A stretch of 63,683 bases of DNA, counting the filler, from Chrysochromulina tobinii (taxonomy: Eukaryota), in NCBI GenBank assembly GCA_001275005.1. It is 5 parts of 5 records of this genome, joined end to end, with 100 filler letters (N's around TTAATTAATTAA, not from the genome) between each part and the next. Parts side by side here need not be neighbours in the genome. Positions count along the whole stretch, not along the records: positions 19,041 to 43,013 come from JWZX01001015.1; positions 43,114 to 48,098 come from JWZX01001020.1; 3 more parts are not named here. One strand, written 5' to 3'. Below, one piece after another: positions 32,205 through 43,419 of this stretch. Both the position numbers and the translations under genes were made by a program. The number at the start of each line of letters is the position of its first letter. Position 1 is the stretch's first letter. The notes under the pieces were generated by a model. The model was not told the DNA's origin and ran no database searches. It worked only from the letters and a program-made list of their open reading frames with translations.

Positions 32205-35200
32205 AGCCGTCAAGCACGCGCCGTACTGGGCGCGCCCCGTCCAACGCCGTGCCAGCACGACGCGCTGCATCGGGCCGAGGGTCCGCGTCCTTCCCCCTCG
32301 CCTGTGCCGCCGCGCATGAGGCGGCCTCCACAGCGGCCACACCGCCTCCCCGCCCATCCGCGTACGCCTCCGCATCATCCTGCAGCTCGGAGGCGGCCTC
32401 GAGAGCGGCCGTGAGCCGAAGATTCTCGGCGCGGAGCTCAGCGAGCTCGGCGAGCATTCCGTCCATCTGCCGTCGGAGATTGCAATCATAGTGCAATCAG
32501 AGTGCAATCATAGCGCATAGCGCAATCATAGTGCAATCAGAGGGCAATCATAGGGCAATGAGAGTGCAATGAGAGTGCAATCAGAGTGCAATCAGAGTGC
32601 AATCGAAGTGAAATCAGAGTGAAATCAGAGGCTATCAGAGCGCAATCAGAGGGCAATGAGAGCGGTGATCAAGTGCAATCAGAGGCCATCAGAGGCAATC
32701 ACGGGTCGTCAGAGGCATTCGGGTGCAATCAAGGGGCACTTTGGTGCAATCATGCGCAATCATGCGCAATCATGCGCTATCAGGGGCACTCACCTGCCCA
32801 GCCATCTGACTCGAAGCAAGCTGCACGGCCTGTCGCGCCGTCTCGAGCACGCTCGTCTTCTCGTCCGCCGCCTTCGCCTCGGCCTCCCCGATCGCTTGTG
32901 CCACTGCCGCTTGCTGCTGCGCCTTGGCACGCACTGCCGACTCCCGCAGCAGCTCCTTGATCTGAACCTGCGGAGATCGCGGTGGCAGCCCGAAGCCATC
33001 ACAGGCGCCAACACAGGTGCCATCAGTGGCAATCACAGGCGTCATCAGCGCGGCCAACTTCGATCTGCACCTGTCGCTCCGCCGCCGCCTTCTCTGATGA
33101 GGGAGGCCATCAGCATGCAATCACAGGCCCCATCAGCATGCAATCAGCTGCACCTGTTGCTCCGCCGCCGCCTTCTCTGATGAGGGAGGCCATCAGCATG
33201 CAATCACAGGCCCCATCAGCATGCAATCAGCTGCACCTGTTGCTCCGCCGCCGCCTTCTCTGATGAGGGAGGCCATCAGCATGCAATCACAGGCCCCATC
33301 AGCATGCAATCAGCTGCACCTGTTGCTCCGCCGCGGCCTTCTCGTACGCCTCGTGCACCATCTTCAGGCGCGAGTCAGCGCGCTCCTCGGCGTCACGTAC
33401 CGCCCGACGCGTGGCTTCCTAATATGGTAACATTTGACCAATGGCAAATGGGGTCACGACACTCAGCCGTCATCTTCCGTCATCAGTCGTCATCAGCGGC
33501 CATCATTTGCAATCCCTTTATCGCACCTGGACGGCCTTAGGCTGCTCCGCAATCTCCATCGCGAGCTCTCCAATCCGCACTTGCACCTGCGACGAGATGG
33601 CTCTTCAGGGCTCGTCATCGCTCCTCAGTGCTCATCAGGGCTCATCAGGGCTCGTCAGGCGACTCCCCAATCTGCGATCGCACCTGCGACGCCAGCTGCC
33701 TCATCAGAGGACACTCGGAGCTCATCAGGGCTCATCAGTCGCAATCAGGCCCGCACCTGCGACGCCAGCTGCCGCTCGCGATCCCGAGCGCGCTCCTCCG
33801 CCTCCCGAATCGCAATCTCAACCGCCTGCTGACGCTGCAGCTGTGGCTTGATCAGGGCGAGAGCCTCCGCCTTCGCTTCCTCTCGAAGCCGGGCGGCTTC
33901 CTCGCGCTGGGCCGCCTCGATTGAAGCCCGCACCTGCGCCACTCAGGGGCACTCAGAAGTCATCCAGTTTCATCAGACGCAATCAGGTCCGCACCTGCGC
34001 CACTCGTGGGGCACTCAGAGGTCATCAGGGAAGCGATCAGAGAGAAGCGATCAGAGGCGATCAGGGAAGCGATCAGAGAGGCAATCGGAGAGGCGATTAG
34101 AGAGGCGATCACACACCTTGGCCTCCGCTTCCCGCACGGCCGCCTGTGTCTGCGCCACATGCCGTTGGGTCGCCGCTTCGAGCGCGGCCGCCACCATCGC
34201 CGCAACCGACTGCTCCTCGGCCCTCTTGCGACGCTCGAGCGCCTCTTGCACGGCCTCGTGCACCGCCTGCTTCTGCTGCAGCTTGTGACGCAGCTCCGCC
34301 TGATCGAGCGCACGGCGCAGCTGCGCGGCCGCCATCGCCTCCACCGAGCGAGCGTGCCCTGCTGACTGCTCGAGTACGGCTGTCACCGCCACCTTGCTCA
34401 CCTCGGCCCCCCGCCGGCGCTCCTCCGCTGCTAGGGCGAGCTTCACGGCCTCGGATCGCTCGATCGCGGCGCGCGCGCGCTCGGCCTCGAGCGCCTCCCG
34501 CACCTCCTGGCGCGCGAGGTTGACGGCATGGATCCTCTCCTCACGTCTCGCGTCCTCCCGAGCGGCCTCGAGCATCGCCCGCGCTGATGCACTCGCCATC
34601 GCCTCGGCCTGCGCGCTCGACTCGGCGCGCACCGCCGCGACGCGCTTGTTCGCCTCGGCCTGGAGCCTCTCACTCTGCATCCGCAGGGCCTCCCGAGATG
34701 CAATCTCGAGACGAGATCGCTCGGCGGCGAGCAGCTCGTCGATGTGGGACTGCGTCGCCTGGCGCTGCATTGGCACCGCACGCGCGATGGCCTCGCGAGC
34801 GGCGAGCTTCGACTCTTCCTTGATGAGGCCTGATGGTGTGGCACTCCAGTCAGGTTGGACTCGCAATCAAAGGCAATCAAAGGTGGCCATCAAAGGGGTC
34901 ATCACAGAGTTCCTCCTCAGGCGAGCTCGCCTATGGACTGCTCAAGCTTCTCGTATTCCGACTTGGAGTGCGCGGCGGCGGCGACGGCGGCGGCGAGCTC
35001 GGCTGCGACCTCACCACGTGCCTCGTCGAGCGCGCGCTGATGCGCGGCGGCGAGCATCGCTCGATCCGCGGAGCGCGTGATCGCAGCCTTGCCCTTCTCA
35101 AACGCCTCCTGTGCTGCCCGTCGCACCTCGTGCTGCATCGTAGCTTCGTATCTGCTGTGAGCCTCCTCGAGTGCCAGCCGCACTCCTTCATTCACCGCCG

Positions 35201-38200
35201 CGCGCTGCTCATCTTCCCTTAGCGAGCGGACCTGCGGAGGGATACGGAGCGAGGCAGGCTGAGGGGCATGCATGCAGGGGCTGCGAGCATGCGAGGGGAA
35301 TGCATGCAAGGGGCTTCGAGCATGCGAGGGGAATGCATGCAAGGGATATGGAGGGATATGGAGGCAGGCAGGCAGGCGCACTCAGGCGCACTCAGGCGCA
35401 CTCAGGCACACTCAAGCACACTCAAGCGCACTCAAGCGCACTCAAGTGCACTCAGACGCGCTCAGAGGGCGAGCATCTCCCGCTGCGAGCGTACGTGCTC
35501 CACGGCCTCGTCAACGGCTTTCGCCTGGCGGCGCTCCGCCTCAGCCGCCGCGTCGTGCAACACGTTCGCAAGCGACTGGTCGTAACGCTGCTGGTGCGAC
35601 AACGCCGCTGCCTGGCGCTCTGCCTCGACGTTGGCCATCCATTCCGCGCGTGCGGACGCTAACTCGTCCTGGTGCAGCGTGGCGAAGGCGGTGGCGATCT
35701 GACTGGTGGCCCATGCGAGGTGTTGGTGCCATGTGCGCGCACCTACCATCCCAAGGGGCCATCAGAGGTCATCAGAGGCCATCAGAGGCATTGCGAGGGC
35801 AATAGTAGAGCTCATCAGAGGTCATCAGAGGTCATCAGAGGCATTGCGAGGGCAATAGTAGAGCTCATCAGAGCCACTCAAAAGCAATGCGAGAGGGCAT
35901 CGGGCGATTGTGTCAGGCTCACGACGCTCACGCGACGCACGCGCACCGTCACCCGACGCCACAGTGGACTCAAAGGCCGCAGATGCATCCACACCGCCTG
36001 ACGCCGAGACCATCGCACGCACGACTGCACCGACCGCGTTCACAATGGAGCGAGTGGCATAGGCGTCTCGTGGCGAGTCGAGTCCGATGACGCGAATGGA
36101 ATCAGGAAGGTCGAGGTCGACGGCGGTGCCAGCAGCCTCCATGGGCACGGTAGCGGCGACGCCGTCTTGGGCGAGGCCGTCCTGTCCATCGGAGGGCACC
36201 AGCCTTCGCTCGCTGAGTGCTTTCCGATCGAACTGGATCCGTGCCCAGTGGATGGCCTCCTTGATGACCGTCTGCAGGGCGCGGCGCAGTATGACAGCAC
36301 GCGCCGCCTCGGGCAGCCTATGCAGCCCTATCGCCCGCGCCGACTGTACCGCCCTCTCGACTGCCCCGGACAGGCCCTGCTCGTCCTCTCCGAAGGCGCC
36401 CGTGAGGCTGAGCAGGCTTGCCTGATGAGGGAGGCAATTAGGGTCATTAGAGGCCATCAGAGGCTATTAGGGTCATTAGAGGCTGAGCAAGCTTGCCAGC
36501 TTCGCAGGATGCAGCTGGAGCAGCGCCGTCGTGGGCGCACGTGACGGGCCTGTGGCGGCTAGGGCCGAGTTCCCCACAGCCGAGTTCCCCACAGCTAGGG
36601 CCGAGTTCCCCACATCCTGTGCAGAGTCGGATGGCTTTCCTAATTTGGTGCTGAGCTCTGCGGCCGCACGGGCAGCGACGCTGCCACCACCCTTGCCGCT
36701 CGTGCTGGGCGTCGTGATGGGCGGCTGAGCCGCCCTCGACGTTACGCTCGACGTTACACTCGACGAGGCGACGGGACCGTCCGACGCGCCCACGTCCACT
36801 CCTTCGGCTTGGTCGTCGAGCCAGACGCCCTCGAAGCTCTCACAACGCGCGTCGATGGCGTGCGCCTCGGCGAGCGCAGCGCTTGCGAGCTCGGCGGCCA
36901 TCGCCACCTCCGCCCCGAGGACGACCTGGGACGTCTCATTGAACGAGTCGCCTTCGAAGAGATTCTGGAGCGCCGCGCTCTTGGCGCGCTTCACCTGCCA
37001 TACGAGCGCATCCGTGGTGAATATAAGGGCAATCACCTGCCATACGAGCTCATACGAGCTCATCTCTCATCACATCTAATCAAACGAGCTCATCCGCGGT
37101 GATTAGAGGTGCAATCGGAGGGCCCGCAGTGAGGGTCGAATGGAAGGGCAATCACGCAGTGAGGGTCGATTGGCATTGGCGAGGCGAGGGCGAGGGGCTT
37201 GCCTGCATCTGCTGCTCGTGGGTCGCGAGGGCGGCCTCCCTACGCACGGCCGCAAGGTCAATTGAGCGGAGGGCCTCGCACTGCAGCCACGCCTCTGCCA
37301 CCGTTGAGCGCTGCCGCTGCAGTGCGCGCGTCTCCGTAGCCTCGAGCGCCCTCGTGAGCACGCGCTCGAGCCGCAGCGAGTGCGGCTGCAGCGCCTCGAC
37401 GAGTTTGAAGTCCCGATTCGAGGCGAGTGGGCAGCTCGAGCGCCGTCGTGGGCAGGGTGAGCGCCGTCGTGGGCGTCGAGAGCGCCGTTGTGGGCCGTTC
37501 GCTCTTGGCGCCCGACCCGCCTGCACGCGGGCGGAGGGCGCCCTCACCCTGGCCGCCGCCGCTCCCCTCGCTGCCCTCGCCGTCCTCGCCGCCGTCGATG
37601 CGGGCCTGCCTATTTAGGGCCTGCCGGAGAGACGCGAGGAGACCTTGCTCGATGGCATGGCGCACGGCGACGTCCCTCTCGTGCCCCTCCGCCGCCAAGC
37701 TCGTCGTGTGCCCTACCATGGGCGCGGCGGCCACCAGCTCTCGCCGAGCTTGCCGCAGATGCTGCTGAAGCATCGTGTCCACATCCGCTTCGATTTCGTC
37801 AAGCGCTGTGGCGCACGCACTGGCCAGTCGCTTCTCAAGCACTCCGAGGAACTGCTTGTTCACCTGCATACAATGAGGGAGGCAACAAGGGAGCTCATCA
37901 GAGGCCATCAGAAGCCAGACGCTTCTCAAGCACCCCGAGGAACTGCTTGTTCACCTGCAGGCGGGAGGCTTAGGGGTGGCCTTGGCGTGCATGCATGCAG
38001 GCGAGAGGCTTAGGGGTGGCCTTGGCATGCATGCATGCATGCGGGAGGCTTAGGGGTGGCCTTGGCGTGCATGCATGCAAAAATGGGCTGCGGGTGGCCT
38101 TGGGAGGCATGCATGCATGCGGCAGGTCCGCGCATGCAAGGTGCATGCAAGGGGCCGCTGGCATCTGAGGGGCATGCATGCAAGGGGCTGCGAGCATGCG

Positions 38201-39306
38201 AGGGGCATGCATGCAAAATGGACTGCGAGCGCACCTGTGCTTTGGCCGCCTCGATCTTCTTCATGGTGTTGGTATGAAAGTCGGCTGCAGCCGCCACGCT
38301 CGACACGATGGAGGAGGCTTCGGCGGCGGCATCGACGCCGCCCTCGCCCTCGCTGCTGCGTCCAGCGCCACTCTCGCCGCGACCTATGTCGCTGACGCGT
38401 ATCGTCGAGAGGACCTCATCGAGGGCGGTGTTCTCTGCAGCCTTGACCTGAGGCGATGGAGGAGGGATTGTGCACGCGTCTTGTGCAGCTCAACGGCCAT
38501 CAGAGGTCATCAGAGGCCACCAGAGGCCGCCAGAGGTCACCAGAGGCCATCAGAGGCCATCAGAGGCCAATCAGAGGCCAATCAGAGGCCATCAGGGGAG
38601 TGGCGCCCACCTCCTCTTGCAGCTCGAACCGCACAGTTCCCACCCGCTTCTCCGCGCGTTCGTATAAGGAGCGCTGAGCGTGTGCGCCGCACTGCTCGAT
38701 GGCCTGGGTGATGATTCGCGCGGCCGTGTGCTCGTACGCGAGCGCCGCGCTCTCTGCCTTGCGCACGCGCTGCATCGCGTGCTCGTGCTGCACGCGCTCT
38801 GCATGGGCCGCACTGTCGCGCGCCGTCCGCTCTGCCGCCTCCCGCTGTGCCCTCTCGGCCTCCTTCTCGGCCTGTGCAGCGAGGACCTTGGAGGGGACCT
38901 TGAGCGACTCGGAGCAGTCGGCGGGGAGCTCGGGCAGGAGCGTGCGCAGCGGCGCCGTCTCCGGCCCGAGCGCGCCCCAGAACTGGCCGGTGTTGCAGCA
39001 GCGCGCGCGGAAGGCGTAGGCGGCTCCCGCGGCGAGGCCACCCTTGGTGCAGCGCGAGTTTTTGAGCGTGCTCGAGGCGACCTCCCACGGCGAGTCTTGC
39101 GACGGCCCGATCCTCTCGCCGGGCTCAGCCACGAGCCGCCACTGCAGCTCGAAGCATGCGACCTGCAGTGGTGTCGGCTGCGCGCCGGAGCGCAGCTTGG
39201 GCGCCGCGCCGAGGCTGAAGTCGAGCGTGATCGAATTGGGGCTGGCACGCACGAAGGTGATGATCACCGGAGGTATGGTGCTCGACTCGGATGATGCCAG
39301 CGCCAT
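31924..39306 (-). CDS. Fibronectin type III domain + very long coiled-coil protein, 13 exons, ~1,600 aa
   Basis: FN3 pattern SITLDF..FELQW..W..GLAAGAAYAFRAR. Phase-consistent exons: 39306-38611, 38447-38235, 37863-37203 (extra base near 37430), 36994-36497, 36421-35947, 35742-35495, 35231-34931, 34829-34117, 33933-33757, 33586-33527, 33418-33320, 32967-32794, 32466-31924. Confidence 0.75.
31981..32107 (-). repeat. Coding 24-bp tandem repeat, GAVRQSEA x5
   Basis: CCGCACCCGCCTCCGATTGACGAA units on the + strand. Confidence 0.9.
33071..33319 (-). repeat. Intronic 83-bp tandem repeat x3; each unit is a complete GT..AG module
   Basis: Units 33319-33237, 33236-33154 and 33153-33071 are near-identical. 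Confidence 0.92.
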
Positions 39307-39528
39307 CGTGCCTACGAGTGACTCGTGCTGCACACAGCAAAATTTGTGAGGCGGGCGTTCGACGGTTACGGCTGCAGGTTACGGCATGCAATCCATCACA
39401 ATATCCAGCGACTGGTCATGCGTCAGCCGTTTGAGTCACAGCTCGGGGGAAAAGCCAAAACCCTCTTCACAGCACATTTTGTGTGAGGAAAGCGCTCTCG
39501 GCTGAAGTCAAAGGATTTGGACGGTTCA

Positions 39529-41798
39529 ATGCCGTGGTTGTGGGGCCGAAAAGAGTCGGCGGAGGCCGCGGAGGAGCGGAGGCGACGAAAAGAGGAACAT
39601 GACAAGGAGCTCGCTCAATACTGGGCGACTGTCAACGCTAGCCGTGGCGCGAGCCCAGCGCCGAAGGCAGCAGCAGCAGATCACACGCAAGGATCTTCCG
39701 AACAAAGTGAAGTCGACCTGGCGTTGCTCGCGGCGCGCACTCGAGTTGAATTGGCGCGCAACGCACTCGAGTGCCAGGAATCTTACATCAAGAATGGCCT
39801 GAAGTCGACGATCGGGTGGAGTAGAATCTGGCAGCTTTCCGGAGAACACCCAGGGCGTGTGAATGGGAAGGAGTTGCGGCTTGGCGAGCTCGAGCGAGCG
39901 CTTCGCGCGGCGCAGGCAGAGGAGGCTGAGCTCCAGCGCCTCGCGGACTCCGGAGAGACGATGCTGCCGGCATCGGCCATCGCCAAAGACATCAGCCGCA
40001 CGCCGGAGGCTTGGCGTCCATGGCACCAGCACGTGCCAGCCGGTGGGCTAGCCGTGTCGTCAAGGCGTCCCACCCAAGGCGGCGTGGAGGTGAGGCGCCG
40101 ATTGGCCGTGCAGGACGCCCCGGCGCGAGACTCACCCAAAGCAGGCGCCGGCCCTTGGACGCTCCTCGAGATGTACTCGTATCTTCAGAGCGAGAATCTC
40201 AAGCTGCGCAGCCAGGTAGGCTTGCTGGAGGCGGTGGCTCTGCATGCAAGTGCTCACCACGGCGCCCTCGCCCCTCTCCCCTCTCCCCACAGGTAGGCAT
40301 GCTGGAGGCCGAGGTCGTGGCATTGAAGGCACAGCGACAGGCGTTCAAGGAGCAGCTGCTCGGAGCACGCGCCGGCGGCGCAGCCGTCGCGACAAGCATT
40401 GACGAGCCAAACTCACAGGCAGGCAGTCCCGCCCCCGCGACCTCTGTCACGCAGGCATTCGCGGGCGTCGGGGCTTTCTGTAGAGCACCGCCGCCGAAAC
40501 AGCAGCGTCCGCGTCGGAAGAACCGCCACGTCAGCGAGGGAGGCGGCGAGGGCGGCGGCGAGGGCGGCGACGAGGGCGGCGGAATGGAGCATCCCAAGCG
40601 GCCAGGTCCGTCAGTTCCGTCAGTTCCGTCAGAGGAGCATCGCAAGCGGCCAGTAGTCGTGTGCGGCCCCAGCGGCGTTGGCAAGGGCACCCTGATCGGC
40701 CGGCTGCTCAACGACCATCCCGACCAATTTGGCTTCTCTGTGAGCCATACGACGCGCGCGCCTCGACCGGGGGAGCAGCATGGCGTGCACTACTACTTTG
40801 TGGAGCCGGCGGAGATGGAGGCGATGATTGCGAGGGGCGAGTTCGTTGAGTACGCGCGTGTACACAGCCACGTCTACGGCACCTCCCACGCTGGCGTGCG
40901 GGCCGTCTCCGATGCCGGCAAGACGTGCGTGCTCGATATCGACGTGCAGGGCGCGACACTGGTCAAGAAGACGAGCCTGGACGCGCTCTTCATCTTCATC
41001 GCGCCGCCCTCCATGAGCGAGCTCGAGAAGCGCCTTCGTGGGCGCAGCACCGAGACCGACGAGCAGATCAGCCTGCGGCTCGGGGCCGCCCAAAAGGAGA
41101 TGGCATCTCTCGAGCTCTCGGGCTTTTATGATGCGGTGATCATCAACGACGATCTTGAAGGTGCGTACGCTAGGCTCAAGGAGGTCGTCCTTGGCGCGGC
41201 TACTGCGAGGGCTCATCCCGCCGCCACCGCCCCTGCGACGTGTTGGGCTCCATCGCCGTGTTGGGCGCCAGCGCCACCCGCCGCATCGCCCGCTGCCGCC
41301 GCCACCGCCGCTGCACCCTCCCAAGTACTGCAGCGGAAGCACAAGCATCGCCATCGCAAGACCCCCGAGCGCGTGGCTGTGGACGACGAGGAGAGGTTCA
41401 TAGCGCGTATGGACCTCCGCGAGGCAGGCGAGGCGACACTGACGAAGCCGCCGGCGCCCACGCCGGCGCCAGCACAAGCGTCGGCGGGCTCAGCTGGCAA
41501 CGCCGCCGCCCTGGCAGCCGCAACGGGCCCGGCGCCGCAGCCTAAGGTCGCCCACACGCCCGAGCCGCCGCCGCCGTCGCCGCCGCCGCCGGCGGCAGCA
41601 GTGGCCCGTGCTAAGCTCTACAGCTCGGCCTCCACAAACTGGGGCCCGCAAATGAAGGTCAGTGCTGGCGAGGTGGAGGCGATCAACGCGCGCATTCGGT
41701 CCAAAAGCATGGCCAAGGGGCTGGTTGCCAAGGGGCTCTCGCCAGCGGCTCATCATCAGAACATCCTACGGGGTGCAGCTGCAACTGTTGAAGCATAG
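39529..41798 (+). CDS. Guanylate kinase domain protein with a long coiled-coil N-terminus and low-complexity C-terminus, 2 exons
   Basis: Exons 39529-40215 and 40293-41798. VVVCGPSGVGKGTL, SVSHTTRAPRPGE..GVHYYF, YGTS, LDIDVQG, FIAPPS..LEKRLRGR (~40650-41180). Confidence 0.88.
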
Positions 41799-42325
41799 GA
41801 GCAAGACGCGCACATGTGTAGCTCGCCGCCGTCTGCATGGACTGAGGACTGGAGGACTGCGCCCCGCGCATGCCGGCCCCGCAGCCACCGACGAATCAGC
41901 ACTTTAGATTATGACAGCATACACTGTGGACTCACCACGAAATCCCTACCTCTGTTCCTCTCAGGCCAAGCCAACACGCGTGTGGCCTGTTCCCCAGGGC
42001 CAGGCCCACTTCTGTTCCGGGCAGCAGGCCAATATGCCTCCTAATTGTGTAACGCGCGCGCGCAGCTCAGAACACCTAAATTTCACTCATTGTCATACAA
42101 CCGGCAAGACTCTTGATTTTGCTGACCGTTTTTCCTGTGCAAAGCGAAGGTGAGCACGGGGACCGGTGGTTGTGCGGCTGCCGAGTTGACAAATAAACGT
42201 GCACGTGAATGTGAACGTGATGGGTCAGAAGGGTCCCGCCGATTCAAATTCACGAAACTCTTGAGGAAGCGCGGATGCTCCGCTTGAGTTCTGACCACAT
42301 GGGCCTTGTTGGCCCTCTCTGCTCC

Positions 42326-43013
42326 ATGAGTCGAGGCTTGCTGAGGAAACAAACTCTCATTGTGCTGCTCCTCCTTCAGCTGAGCGGCACGGTGGGGCAA
42401 TGCACCAACGAGTGCATCGGTACCCCCATTTGGGGCTCGGATGGCTACTGCGATGACGGCGGACCCGGCGCCGCGTACACTGGTTGCCAGTACGGCACCG
42501 ACTGCTCGGATTGCGGGCCTCGTGCCCAGAGCTCGCCGCCGCCACCGTCATCGTCGCCGCCGCCGCCCCTCCTTGCTGTAAGCACTGTCAACGGAATCAC
42601 ATACTATTCAGGGTCTGGCTCGAGCTGGACCGTACCACAGTATTCGCCGCTGGTATCCTATGCTTGCCAGTACAACCTGTGCACGATCACGGCTCCCTTT
42701 GATGGCACGGCCTCAAACCCACTTGGTAATTCCATCGACTTTGCCGGACCGAACTACCAACCATTGCCATATTCCTACACTATTGAGATGGGCGCTCGCT
42801 ACACGTTTTCACATTGGCGGGTTGCAGGCCAGACCTGGTATCGCTTCGGGCAGGTGCATCTCAAGTATGCGGACACTTCGGGGACGCTCGTCACCGCTCC
42901 TGGCTCGAACACTGACTTCACTACCATCCCCGATGGGGAGTTTGCTTATGGCACCTTTAGCAGCCCAGTGACCGCATCTCGCTGGCAAGTGGTCATCACG
43001 ACTTACGCGAACA
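42326..43013 (+). CDS. Secreted/surface protein with Cys-rich module, Pro/Ser linker and beta-rich domain; truncated by contig end
   Basis: Signal-like LIVLLLLQLSGTVG. CTNEC..DGYCDDGGPG..CQYGTDCSDCGPR. SPPPPSSSPPPP. Confidence 0.75.
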
Positions 43014-43113
43014 NNNNNNNNNNNNNNNNNNNNNNNNNNNNNNNNNNNNNNNNNNNNTTAATTAATTAANNNNNNNNNNNNNNNNNNNNNNNNNNNNNNN
43101 NNNNNNNNNNNNN
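43014..43113. other. Artificial contig linker
   Basis: N44-TTAATTAATTAA-N44. Confidence 0.98.
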
Positions 43114-43419
43114 TTGGGCCGCTCTGGCTGGGTATAGGCGGCGCGGCACGGCAGACTCAGGCCGCGAGCCCGCCGGTCCGCGTCTTCGCCACCCGCCGCA
43201 TGCTGCATGCTGCGCGCGCGCGCGCGCGCTCTCTTGCTCTGGCGCGCTCGCGGCGGCGCGACGCGCACCAGAGCGGCCCCTTCACTCCCGCCTCTCGGCG
43301 GCGCCCTCAATGAGCCATCACTTGGCGATCGTAGGGCGTTTATGGGCGCACGTCGCCACGACGGCGCGGGAAATTGCTGGTGCTCGCCTGCGCCTTTCGC
43401 GGCGAACATTTCGGACGTG

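Noticed and set aside
36436..38060. Interstitial telomeric TTAGGG seeds in introns
   Set aside because: Only isolated TTAGGG words within other microrepeats, with no tandem telomeric tract.
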